The notes beneath the pieces are model-generated. The model was not told the DNA's origin. It did no database searches and saw only the letters and a program-made list of their open reading frames with translations. From the IMG/VR virus record IMGVR_UViG_3300033070_001583, positions 1 to 64,000 of that record: 64,000 nt of DNA; one strand, written 5' to 3'. The stretch's first letter is position 1; each line of letters starts with the position of its first letter. The position numbers and the translations under genes are program-made. Shown here piece after piece: positions 51,888 through 61,501 of this stretch. This DNA is from a virus. Taxonomy: Duplodnaviria > Caudoviricetes.

Positions 51888-54800
51888 TGAATCTAGACGA
51901 TTATGTGCTTACGAAAAAGATTGCGAAAGAGTTCGCGCCGGTTGCTCTAACTCCAGAACAGCTTTACTCTCGCTATCTTGGGTACACACTAGTAATCGCT
52001 CATAGAAATCCAGCGGCAGGAGTTGGAGTGGGCGACACATACACTGATGATGTATTCGGAGGGATTATCACAGGATCTGCACCCTTCCCAGCCAGTCAGT
52101 ACTCTACGTTTGGTGCAGCAAATACTGCATTTACTCGTACAAGCTTCGCAATTGGATTCAGTTTTCCATTCGAGTTTAGCAATTACGATTACGTTTTCGT
52201 AAACTCGAATGGGTGGTTGCAACTCACAGATGGAGCATCGTCAATACCGTCTGTGAGCACTGTAACTCCGAGTTACGCAGCAACGCCTGAGGGACCGAGA
52301 CTATTTCCATGGCACGATGATCTTACAATGGCGCGAAGCACCGAGGGCGGAGGAGTCTTCGTGAGGAGTTTCGTCGACCCGGAAGACGGTCTAAAAACGT
52401 TCTGTACGAGATGGACAGCATGGGCAACATACACGTCTGATACTGCTATATTGAATTTTGAATGCTGGCTGAAGCCAACTGGTGAAATTCAGTATAGATA
52501 CTCGCCTAAAAGAAATTTTTCTGGTGCATCGTCAGCAGCTGCGATCGGTACAATTATCTCAACTACAAAATATAGAGATTTTACAACAAATATCGAGCTT
52601 AGAGGCGGATCTAGAACAGTCACAAGGGTTAACGCGCAGCTTGATAGAGACTGGCCCGGGTCTGATAACGCCGGAGCTGTGCTCAAGTTCCGCCCAAAGA
52701 GTCCAACGAATTCTAATGGACCGAGAGTACGCATTAGAGATGCAGATATCGAAAGATATCTTCCCGATGCCGGCGAATTTGACGACAGGATTACGATCAT
52801 AGAGAAACCACAGAACGTATCCTTTCCGACACTTCTTCCAGTAAGGTACGCAGATACGACTCGACTTGCTGATGGAGCAGTCGATGTTACAACCACAATC
52901 ACTTCAACTCTATCTCCGCGAACGTATACGAGCGATGGGTGGATAGGGAGAAGACGTAGCAGTACTAAACCTTTTAGCGAACACATCTGGCTCGGCGATA
53001 CTGGCGACGCGTCGACGATCTCGAGTGGCACACGCTATCAGACGGCTAGCCCGGAGCCCGTACCAGTTTCTGGTCCGACGAGTTCAGAGAGATGTATAAC
53101 GTTTAGTATACCAGTTGCATCCTCCAGTGCAATGCTAGCGCAAGCTCCTGATCTTCTATATTACAATTCTCAAACGCAGAGATTTGATAGTATTGGACCC
53201 GCTGGTGTTTATAGAACTCCGGGATTCGAAGATTACAAGCTCTTTGGACCTTTTGGCGTAATACAATTCTCTGGCTCTTTGTATCAGCCAACCGTTGGTC
53301 AAATAGCTGTACAGCCCAACAAAGAATTTACGAAAGCTTCATCTTATTTGATGAGCAATGTGATATCGGGATCGAATCCACTGAATATTGCGGAGTTTAA
53401 ACATGATACGAATTCTTGTATCGAGTACACTGGAACAGAGCCGATCATTGTTGACAAGGTTTCTTTCTCGATACCAATCAAAGCAGGACCTGGATGGTTC
53501 TCTGACAAAACAAGATTCGTAGAGGCTCAAAATTATAGATCTGTTGGTGGTCCTGCAGTCACTTTCGCGCTTATAAGACAAAGAGACGAAACTGCGAGAG
53601 ATTTGATCGCTTCCGGAACGATAATTCCAACGCAAGATAACATTCTTACGAGCTCAATCTATCCAGGGCCTCAAGATCTGATCACGTATCACCCGATTGG
53701 TTACAGACAGTTTGGATACCCTACAGTTGTTGTCGCGTCATCTTCAAACGGTTATTACACTGGTAGTATACAGTCGACTGTAAAGGCAACGAAAACAACA
53801 GGATTTCTGCTAGCAGGGCAAGCAGTAGAATATTCAAGAGATGCAGAGGCGTACGCTGCGATTCCGCATGGCCACCGCTACGATGGATCTGTATCACCAA
53901 GATCGCTTTTTACTGCAATAACGTCTCCGACAACACAGTCTCTCGACTCTGCTTTCGATTATGTCGGTGTACACGGTTACGATACAGCAGCAGTCGCCGC
54001 GGCGGCATATGGTGTAGACCCTTTTGCAGTTTTCTACACTCAATTTCAAAATTTCACAAAAACTGTCGAAACTCCGTACATCGTATATCCTGGCGATAAA
54101 TTCATAATCGCGCTAGCGAAACACAGACCATGGTTTGGAGCAGAAACGACATGGCAGACGGCTGATATTGTACACATTACAGGATCTCACGATATCTCTG
54201 TTAACGTTGGTCAGGGAATAGTGCAACTACACGGTTACACGCTAACGGCTGGAAATCAAAGAGAATTCTTTCCCGTAACTGAACAAGATCAGACTCCAGC
54301 AATCAGGGTTACTGATGCATCTCCGCCGTCAGATATATTTCTTCTTGACAGATCAGACGCTTACATTGGATCTGTTTTTGATTCACAGTTCTCTGGAAGC
54401 TTGGTCACCAAGCTAGCTAGTTCAACTCGTGCCGTACAGCTTGTAACAGGAACAAGAGATTATGCTGGCTCTCGCATTAGATCATCTGAAAACTCTTTCG
54501 ATTTTACGAAAGTCTCATCAGACAGATATATTCCAAGATACGAAACTTGTGGGTTCGAAAAATTCTTTACAAGCGTGTCAGATGACGAGTGCATTTATGA
54601 CAGTTTGCCTCCGAATCCAATTGACATTCTGAAACTCTCTGGACAGTATTCTGTCGATCCTATAGAACATAAACTTGGAAACGTCGGTCAGCTAAGAGGA
54701 TTTACAACTTCTTCATTTGCTGCAAAATACTATCAATACGTAAGCATTCACGGTTACGATGGAATCAGAAGATGGGATCGCGCTTTTCCATTCGAACCGT

Positions 54801-55783
54801 ATTACGCAAACGCTCAAAGAATAAATGGTGCAATCGGATTCGAAAAGTTGATTGATGCTGACCATTCTGCATCTCTTACTTCATTTTCATCGATTACTTT
54901 TGGAGTTCCAAGAACTCCAACAAGTCTAGCTACACTCGGATGGGCTGAAATGGTAACTGTTGCGATCGATGGAGTTACTCCTTTGAGCAGCAGTTTTAAA
55001 TCAAATGCAGGTGTATATGGAGGGCTTATGCTGCTAGCTGAGCCAACGGAGTTTACGCCGCTAAATGGATTTAGATCTTCTTCGATTGCAATGCCTCCGG
55101 AAAACGTCTATATGGCGCACATGTATGGCATTGGCGATACTGCTCCATCACTAATAGATGATCAATACGCGTATACTGGATCGATGTCGTACAAAGATTC
55201 TTCTGGTACAACAATACACGGAGGATTCTCTGTAACAAAAAGACTTCTAAATGCACCGAGCTTTAGAAAAGTTATTCCGTACATGTATAACGATTCAACG
55301 CGCCCGTGCGGGTGGAAAACGATAGACAATGAAGGAATTACCAATGTAAATCCTCTATCTTTTTCTTTCGGTACGAATGACGGTGTACCTACAGTCATAG
55401 GATACGGAGCCGTACTAAGAGGATATCGATATGGTCTCGCAGGCATTCAAGCTCGTCAGTCAACTGCAATTTTCTCATCTAGAAATTTTGGTATGATGAG
55501 AGACATGCTCGAACAGAGACAAGACACAAAATTCGTGTCTAAAAGAGGTCGCACTCAGATCAAATCTGCACCAGTTAGTGTTAGATTCGTATCAATAGAT
55601 TCAGGTACAGACGTAGAGCCGGCTCTTACTGATTCTAGCAATCTTTCAACTGAAGCTACGTCTTCGCTTCCTTTCTTTGACAACACTTCTAGAAATAGAC
55701 CAGAGCTTGTTAAAGAAACACTCAAAAATGCAAATCTCAAGATTACCTTGCAAGGTAAGAATACAAAAAATCTTTCTCTGTGA
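51884..55783 (+). CDS. Large tail/virion protein (1299 aa) with a nidogen/NIDO-like beta-rich segment
   Basis: IGFSFPF...YVFVNSNGWL...LFPWHDDL...TRW...FECWL...GEIQYRY resembles NIDO-like domains. Confidence 0.55.
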   Translation: MMNLDDYVLTKKIAKEFAPVALTPEQLYSRYLGYTLVIAHRNPAAGVGVGDTYTDDVFGGIITGSAPFPASQYSTFGAANTAFTRTSFAIGFSFPFEFSNYDYVFVNSNGWLQLTDGASSIPSVSTVTPSYAATPEGPRLFPWHDDLTMARSTEGGGVFVRSFVDPEDGLKTFCTRWTAWATYTSDTAILNFECWLKPTGEIQYRYSPKRNFSGASSAAAIGTIISTTKYRDFTTNIELRGGSRTVTRVNAQLDRDWPGSDNAGAVLKFRPKSPTNSNGPRVRIRDADIERYLPDAGEFDDRITIIEKPQNVSFPTLLPVRYADTTRLADGAVDVTTTITSTLSPRTYTSDGWIGRRRSSTKPFSEHIWLGDTGDASTISSGTRYQTASPEPVPVSGPTSSERCITFSIPVASSSAMLAQAPDLLYYNSQTQRFDSIGPAGVYRTPGFEDYKLFGPFGVIQFSGSLYQPTVGQIAVQPNKEFTKASSYLMSNVISGSNPLNIAEFKHDTNSCIEYTGTEPIIVDKVSFSIPIKAGPGWFSDKTRFVEAQNYRSVGGPAVTFALIRQRDETARDLIASGTIIPTQDNILTSSIYPGPQDLITYHPIGYRQFGYPTVVVASSSNGYYTGSIQSTVKATKTTGFLLAGQAVEYSRDAEAYAAIPHGHRYDGSVSPRSLFTAITSPTTQSLDSAFDYVGVHGYDTAAVAAAAYGVDPFAVFYTQFQNFTKTVETPYIVYPGDKFIIALAKHRPWFGAETTWQTADIVHITGSHDISVNVGQGIVQLHGYTLTAGNQREFFPVTEQDQTPAIRVTDASPPSDIFLLDRSDAYIGSVFDSQFSGSLVTKLASSTRAVQLVTGTRDYAGSRIRSSENSFDFTKVSSDRYIPRYETCGFEKFFTSVSDDECIYDSLPPNPIDILKLSGQYSVDPIEHKLGNVGQLRGFTTSSFAAKYYQYVSIHGYDGIRRWDRAFPFEPYYANAQRINGAIGFEKLIDADHSASLTSFSSITFGVPRTPTSLATLGWAEMVTVAIDGVTPLSSSFKSNAGVYGGLMLLAEPTEFTPLNGFRSSSIAMPPENVYMAHMYGIGDTAPSLIDDQYAYTGSMSYKDSSGTTIHGGFSVTKRLLNAPSFRKVIPYMYNDSTRPCGWKTIDNEGITNVNPLSFSFGTNDGVPTVIGYGAVLRGYRYGLAGIQARQSTAIFSSRNFGMMRDMLEQRQDTKFVSKRGRTQIKSAPVSVRFVSIDSGTDVEPALTDSSNLSTEATSSLPFFDNTSRNRPELVKETLKNANLKITLQGKNTKNLSL

Positions 55784-55790
55784 GAATTGA

Positions 55791-56798
55791 ATGTTTAGGC
55801 CTGTAAAAGCAAGCGAAATTGAAAAAGAACCGTTCGTCATCGTACGAGATGACGCTGATCGGATTAAGAGAATTGCGATTCCTCATCCATTGCAGATTGG
55901 TACCACTTCCAGTCCATCAGAATTGCAACTTACTTCCAGATTTTCAGTAGCATCAGCCGATTATGAGAATCAAAGAGAGATCTCTCTCAACGATGATAAT
56001 TGTTGGGTGAATATCGGAGTACGAGAGATGGGCGTGACATGCACACTTCCACCCGATCCGAGAGATGGACAGATGGTGTTCATCAAAGATGCAGCTGGAA
56101 TTGCGTCTGTCTATCCTATCATGATTCTAGGCGAATCCGGCGCAGACATTGACGGATGGACCAAATATATGCTCACGTCGTCATATGCAGCAGTTTGCAT
56201 GTCGTGGGATAAAACGCAATGGGTGACATTCGGAGCCGGAGGATCATCTGGTGGAGGCGGAGGAGTTGGACCAACGGGCCCGACCGGTCCAACTGGAGCT
56301 GACGGTACGAATGGCACGGACGGTCTAGACGGTGCTACGGGTCCAACTGGACCAGCCGGTACAGATTCCACAAGTTCGAATCCATCTCGCGTTTGCAGAC
56401 TCTGGATGGGAGCCGGTACCGATTCAACAACACAAAGTATTCTCTCTAAGAAGATCATCGGATCAACACGTTTTGCTTACACTGATTTTTTGACGGCCAG
56501 TAAGCTCTGGACATTCAGAGCAACAATTCAGACAACATCACCATATCAGTCTGCTTCAATCGATCTGTACGACACAGACGGTATCATAACGTACCCGCCT
56601 GCGCAAGTTGTAGGCAGTACATTGTCAACGAGTGGTGTCGGGCCAACGCAGCTGTCTGTGAATCTAACATCTCTTTTTAATACAATAACGGGCTCCGGTG
56701 TTATCGAAGCAAGACTATGGATGTATCCTTCTGGTACAGTGATCGGAGAGCATTTCGTTTCTTGCACAGAAGCATATATTGAAGGAAAGTTTACCTGA
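55791..56798 (+). CDS. Tail fibre protein with a collagen-like segment
   Basis: VTCTLPPDPRDGQMVFIKDAAG fibre motif followed by (GXY)10. Confidence 0.75.
   Translation: MFRPVKASEIEKEPFVIVRDDADRIKRIAIPHPLQIGTTSSPSELQLTSRFSVASADYENQREISLNDDNCWVNIGVREMGVTCTLPPDPRDGQMVFIKDAAGIASVYPIMILGESGADIDGWTKYMLTSSYAAVCMSWDKTQWVTFGAGGSSGGGGGVGPTGPTGPTGADGTNGTDGLDGATGPTGPAGTDSTSSNPSRVCRLWMGAGTDSTTQSILSKKIIGSTRFAYTDFLTASKLWTFRATIQTTSPYQSASIDLYDTDGIITYPPAQVVGSTLSTSGVGPTQLSVNLTSLFNTITGSGVIEARLWMYPSGTVIGEHFVSCTEAYIEGKFT
56268..56360 (+). repeat. Collagen-like Gly-X-Y repeat (10 triplets)
   Basis: GPTGPTGPTGADGTNGTDGLDGATGPTGPAG. Confidence 0.9.
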
Positions 56799-56799
56799 C

Positions 56800-57960
56800 A
56801 TGCCAACGTATAAAGGATCTATTGAGCATCTGTTTGCCGTGATACCGACAATATCGGGAACGATTCAAGCAATGTTCAAAGTCACATATGACTTTCTGAA
56901 CAGCGGATCTGATCTCGGGATTCAGAGACTTGCATATAACACCGGGACTCGACCGAGCGACTGCGGACAAACAGGTACGAATTTTTATGATCAGAATCAG
57001 CCGTTCGGAGATAATAGCTGGGCGTGTTTTAGATTTGCGTCTGCTTCTGTTCCATTCGACATTCTCATACAGTACTCTGGTACGGGAGTAACATTCGGTA
57101 ACACGACGAACGATCATGCGAAAATAGGAGGTTCTGCAGCTGCATCACAAAATAATTTTGGAATTGCTGTTGCGACTGCATTTAGCGGATCGACGGCAAT
57201 CGACCCGTGGAACGGAACGACAACGCTAAGCGGATCTGATCGAAAGGGTACGGCGGTCTGGACAAGCGGATCTGCAACAAATAGATTGTCTGTATTTCCA
57301 CGCTCTAATGCATTTGGAGGATCGTTTGTTACAACAAATGACGATATGGTCGCATTCGTATTTCAGTTTTCGACTTCGGCTCCGCACAGATATCAAATCG
57401 TTGCAAGCAAAGATTCAATCTATATCGCACGTGATCAGTGGGATGACTCTGCATACGATAAATTTTTCTATGCTGGATCGTATAATCCGATTAGCGGAAG
57501 CTCTCCTACTGTACCATTTGTTGTTTGGTCTCCCCTTACGACGAATGAAACTGCTGGTACTCAAATACCAGCAACGACGGTTGGAACGTCGTACTCTACA
57601 GACGGAGGAATAGCACATCCGCTTTTTGTCGATACGAAATTTCTATCTATTGATCGTCTTTCGTATTTTAATCAAACAACTGCGTTGCAACCGAATAACT
57701 CTTTCTCTCCAACACAATACGATGAATTTCCGATCTACGTTGGAATGAACGAAACGACATCATCGTACGGAATATGCGGCACGCTAGACTTTGTACGCGA
57801 AATATACAAAACGAATGTGCACGATATCAATAACGTTACACAAAGGGCCGTACTAGGATCAGACTCATCTGTTTCTTCGATCAAGCACTCAATCCCATGG
57901 GTTAGCGGAACGACTCCAGGAACAGGTACAACTCGCGCAGGAGTTCAATTCTCGAGGTTA
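56800..57960 (+). CDS. Putative tail fibre/virion protein (386 aa, TTA stop)
   Basis: Ser/Thr/Gly-rich; ends TTRAGVQFSR then TTA-C-ATG of the next gene. Confidence 0.6.
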
Positions 57961-57961
57961 C

Positions 57962-58264
57962 ATGGCAGTAATCAATTCAAATTTTGCAGGTACACTCGGC
58001 ATTCAGCACGGGCCTAGAATCAGGGAACTGAATACTAATAAGCTTGTTGTAGAATTTAGTGGATCGATTCAATACGTAACGGTGACGTCTCCTCTCAAGA
58101 CGGTCTACAAGATGAAGGCATGGTCGAACGTAAGCAACCGTCACATTTATTGGGTTGCAACGTCATCGACGACTGGGCATCCTGTGTCTGGTTCAATGGC
58201 TGATACATCGCACGTTGTTGGTCATCAATCTCTTGACTTTACTGCGTTTGATATCACTCCATTA
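57962..58264 (+). CDS. Small virion-type beta protein (100 aa, TTA stop)
   Basis: TTA at 58262..58264 is the reverse complement of the convergent gene's TAA. Confidence 0.6.
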
Positions 58265-58717
58265 GGAATCGTGAATTGAAGAGCGCTCGATCAGAAGCTG
58301 AGTTCTCGAGACTGAGAACAACTCTTCAATCTGCTCCCAAGTTACGTCACGATCATCACTAAACACTTGGATCTTGCTCCAGTCTAGATGATTGCACCAA
58401 TGAGGAAATCCTCGGGCACGATATGCAGTCCAATCCGGAGAGTATCCAGAAGCAATGATTGTTGCAAGCAGAGCAGATAGTGCAAGGATCATTCCCATGC
58501 CATCGCCTTTCCCGGCTTTGATAACTGCACCAACGATCGAATGATGCGTTGCCCACCATTCACCTGGGACGGGATTCCTGTGAATAAAGCTTTCAAACGG
58601 GCCCTTGTAAAGTGAAACGTCACCTTTGATATGACGTTTTCCGCAGTCAAGAATTCTTTCTGCTTTGATGAGAATGTCGTATGCACGAGAAGACGGAGTC
58701 TTATCTTTTTTTGACAT
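58262..58717 (-). CDS. Hypothetical protein, weakly DUF6197-like
   Basis: SIVGAV...IQVFSDDRDVTWEQIEELF resembles the C..GA...WND...T..EV...F pattern. Confidence 0.45.
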   Translation of the reverse strand: MSKKDKTPSSRAYDILIKAERILDCGKRHIKGDVSLYKGPFESFIHRNPVPGEWWATHHSIVGAVIKAGKGDGMGMILALSALLATIIASGYSPDWTAYRARGFPHWCNHLDWSKIQVFSDDRDVTWEQIEELFSVSRTQLLIERSSIHDS

Positions 58718-58718
58718 C

Positions 58719-59129
58719 TAATTCACCGGGAGTCATGTCAGGAGGTGGTTCGGGATAGAACCGCTTGCGCTTTTTCTTTTGATTTTTGGAAGCGCTATGA
58801 GGAGATTTTACGATGCTGATATCGAGTCTCCTTCCACACACATCAAGAGCTAGCTCTTCATTGTACCAGCCAATCTCTTTTTTATCTCCTTCGCCTCTCG
58901 ATAGCAAAAAAGCCTTCGTAATCTCGCCGCCCGATTGAAGTATGTCGATACCGATACCTTCGAATTCTTTTTCTTCGAATCCCTGAAGAATCACACGAGT
59001 CGTGTATCCCAAATCAGAGAATTTCTTGTCTGTCTTCTTACGAAGATATGCGTGTACGCTGATGACATCATCGACAAGACAAAGAATCGTGGGCTCGTGG
59101 AGAAGATTCCGAAATTTGTATGTGATCAT
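58719..59129 (-). CDS. Hypothetical protein (136 aa, TTA stop)
   Basis: GAA TTA G ATG junction with the next gene. Confidence 0.55.
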
Positions 59130-59160
59130 CTATGAACATCTTCAGATTTTTATGAAGTAT

Positions 59161-59397
59161 TTACACTTCTTGCTTCCAAAGTTTCCATTCATAGTTCGTT
59201 TCGCTTGAACAGATATCGCATTTTACTGAGAAACCTGATGGTATCTTACTCACATGGAGTTTCTCAGGATGCCATGGGTTATCAGGGCATTTACATCCAG
59301 AGATCCGAATTTCAGCGATTATTTGGCTGAAGAGATCTTCTGTTTTACCGTTCAATTTCTCTATCAGGCTGCTGAGAGTAAATGTTTTCTTTTCCAC
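59161..59397 (-). CDS. Small Zn-ribbon-like protein
   Basis: CKC...CDIC. Confidence 0.55.
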   Translation of the reverse strand: MEKKTFTLSSLIEKLNGKTEDLFSQIIAEIRISGCKCPDNPWHPEKLHVSKIPSGFSVKCDICSSETNYEWKLWKQEV

Positions 59398-59415
59398 AGC
59401 CCGATTGTACGATTA

Positions 59416-59721
59416 TCAGTTAAGCTTTGATTCTAGATTTTCAAGCTTAAGCCATTTTTTCGTTTTTATTGCATATCGTATCGATTCAGCATCAGGAATC
59501 TCGATCCACAGTTTCAATCCTGTAAGAGAACGCTTTCTCTGTGCAGAAGGAAGAAGCTTGTAACAAGCATCACAGATTTTCGTTTCTTTTTGAATCGAAA
59601 CGTAAGTCGCAAAATCTCCGCATGAACACTTTGGTACGTATACGGAGATAATGTCTAGAAGCTTTGCGATTCCGTTTGCAAGAACAAGGCCAACGTTCGC
59701 TTTTGGTTTTGTACGTTTCAT
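59416..59721 (-). CDS. Small Zn-finger-like protein
   Basis: CSC...CDAC. Confidence 0.55.
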   Translation of the reverse strand: MKRTKPKANVGLVLANGIAKLLDIISVYVPKCSCGDFATYVSIQKETKICDACYKLLPSAQRKRSLTGLKLWIEIPDAESIRYAIKTKKWLKLENLESKLN

Positions 59722-59903
59722 AATTTTGAGCTCGAATATCCGTCAGATGCCCAGCCGCCGCCAACCAACAAGAATTTCGTCAGAGAGATCAATCTTTTGA
59801 ATCCTTCTGATCCGCATTTTGGACATTTGGTAGGTACATCGTCTTTCACACTTGCCTCGTATTCACTGATTTCGCACACCTTGCATTGGCACTCATATAT
59901 CAT
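59721..59903 (-). CDS. FmdB-family zinc-ribbon protein (60 aa, TTA stop)
   Basis: MIYECQCKVC...CPKCG...KRLIS...F.L.GGGWASDGY is the FmdB pattern; ends AAA TTA TGA. Confidence 0.85.
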
Positions 59904-60523
59904 GGTGTCACTATAATCGGAGTGTTCTGAGATTGCACTCCGTGACCCCAGCAGTGCCACCCCGGGGCTGTCTCACGTGCAAAAAGCTCGATTCTGGGAC
60001 GATCGCCGAAAAGCTGCGTGATTCTCTCACGGAAGACGGGTGGCTTCCATGAATGTGCACCTCTGGGTGTGAAGACATTCTGCTCTTGACTCTCTGTCAA
60101 GAGAGGAAACGTTCTTCCCGTTGGGACGGTCGATGCAATGATCAAGAATTCGTCAAGCTGCTTTACGTGAGATGGACGAACGCCCTGAGCTCCGATCACT
60201 TTTCCAGTTTTCTTAGATGTCTTGATCCAAACGGCACCGAGCCCACGGTCATAGAGCCCCCAAGCGGCAATACATCTGTATGCCATTGACATCTTGGGTC
60301 CGGTTGCCCAAACAAAGGCAACTCCACGTTTTCCAAATAGCTTGCGCACAGGAAGAGCTGAGATATCCGCCTCTGACATGAGCGAGTAATGCTTTCCAGC
60401 TGCACCCATCTTGTTGGGATCTCCATCGTATGGCCACGGTGGATCGATATACGCGATATCGAACAGTCCGCCGAATCTTGTCGTAACATCATCCAGAGAG
60501 CCGCCGTGAACAAATGTGCTCAA
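59900..60523 (-). CDS. MT-A70-family N6-adenine methyltransferase
   Basis: DIAYIDPPW, HYSLMS, FVWAT, WIK, HSWKP, RIELFARE...GW..WG. Confidence 0.92.
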   Translation of the reverse strand: MSTFVHGGSLDDVTTRFGGLFDIAYIDPPWPYDGDPNKMGAAGKHYSLMSEADISALPVRKLFGKRGVAFVWATGPKMSMAYRCIAAWGLYDRGLGAVWIKTSKKTGKVIGAQGVRPSHVKQLDEFLIIASTVPTGRTFPLLTESQEQNVFTPRGAHSWKPPVFRERITQLFGDRPRIELFARETAPGWHCWGHGVQSQNTPIIVTP

Positions 60524-60915
60524 GGAGTACCTCCAAGCTTTCTGATCTCTGCATTAACATTGAGTCCAAGAGATTCAAGCTTTGTCTTGTGATCCCTGAG
60601 CGAAGCGATTACCCAGTCAACTCCATCCTTCTGCAAACCTGTACCATCCATCCAGAACGTTTTTAGTTCCCAAGATCTGTAACCCGCGATCCATCGATGT
60701 TCGCAACTCAGAAAGCAAGGTCTCTGTTCATATCTGAATTCGAATGTATACGAATATTTTTCCGGAGATTCAGACGGTGGCGCCACAGACTGGGATGTTT
60801 GAGACACTGGCGGTGTAACTCCCCATCCAAGAGGATGAGGAGAGAACCCTCCGAGTCCAGGATACCCACCGATTCCTCCGATATTTTGTGCTCCAGTGCA
60901 CCACTGTGCTGACAT
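60520..60915 (-). CDS. Hypothetical protein with a Gly/Pro-rich N-terminus
   Basis: Coupled to the MT-A70 start. Confidence 0.55.
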   Translation of the reverse strand: MSAQWCTGAQNIGGIGGYPGLGGFSPHPLGWGVTPPVSQTSQSVAPPSESPEKYSYTFEFRYEQRPCFLSCEHRWIAGYRSWELKTFWMDGTGLQKDGVDWVIASLRDHKTKLESLGLNVNAEIRKLGGTP

Positions 60916-60953
60916 ACACACATTATATTAATTGCGGAGCTAATTATACCAAG

Positions 60954-61328
60954 ATGTCTCTAGGAAACCCAAAATCAGGATTTGGAATGGTACCCGAATA
61001 CCAAGTCTCTGCTCTACCATGGATTACTGCGTCGACGCTCCCGGTAGGTGGAGTCGTTCACAGATTTCCATGGGCAACGCAATATTTTACACTGCAAAAC
61101 GACTCCGCTTCTGTTATTAACGTAGGATTTTCTCCAAGTGTGACAGGATCTAAATATTTTCCAGTTGGCGTGTCCGGATCGCTTTCGCTTGATGTACGTA
61201 TAGTCAATTTGTATCTTACAGGTACGGCCGGTTCGCAATATTCACTCTTCGCTGGGCTGACGACGATTGACAGAACAATGTCACCAAATTTGCTGATTGA
61301 GCTTATGCCATCTGGATCGTCGATATGA
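60954..61328 (+). CDS. Small virion structural protein
   Basis: GFGMVPEYQVSALPWITAS...YSLFAGLT beta-rich pattern; heads a fibre operon. Confidence 0.6.
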   Translation: MSLGNPKSGFGMVPEYQVSALPWITASTLPVGGVVHRFPWATQYFTLQNDSASVINVGFSPSVTGSKYFPVGVSGSLSLDVRIVNLYLTGTAGSQYSLFAGLTTIDRTMSPNLLIELMPSGSSI

Positions 61329-61501
61329 AGAAAAAAATACGTACAATATCGAGAATTCAATATTTTAATTCTCGATATTCTATAGTTGGATATCTTGGAT
61401 CATCGCAAGTAACTCAAACAACGCCGCCGCCTGAAAATCTTTTGATTACAGAAAGTGGTGATTTTATTTCTACTGAATCCGGAGATTTGATAAAGACATG
61501 A
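61325..61501 (+). CDS. 58-aa protein with a TESG repeat; absent from the ORF track
   Basis: MKKKIRTISRIQYFNSRYSIVGYLGSSQVTQTTPPPENLLITESGDFISTESGDLIKT; ATGA overlaps at both ends. Confidence 0.75.
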   Translation: MKKKIRTISRIQYFNSRYSIVGYLGSSQVTQTTPPPENLLITESGDFISTESGDLIKT

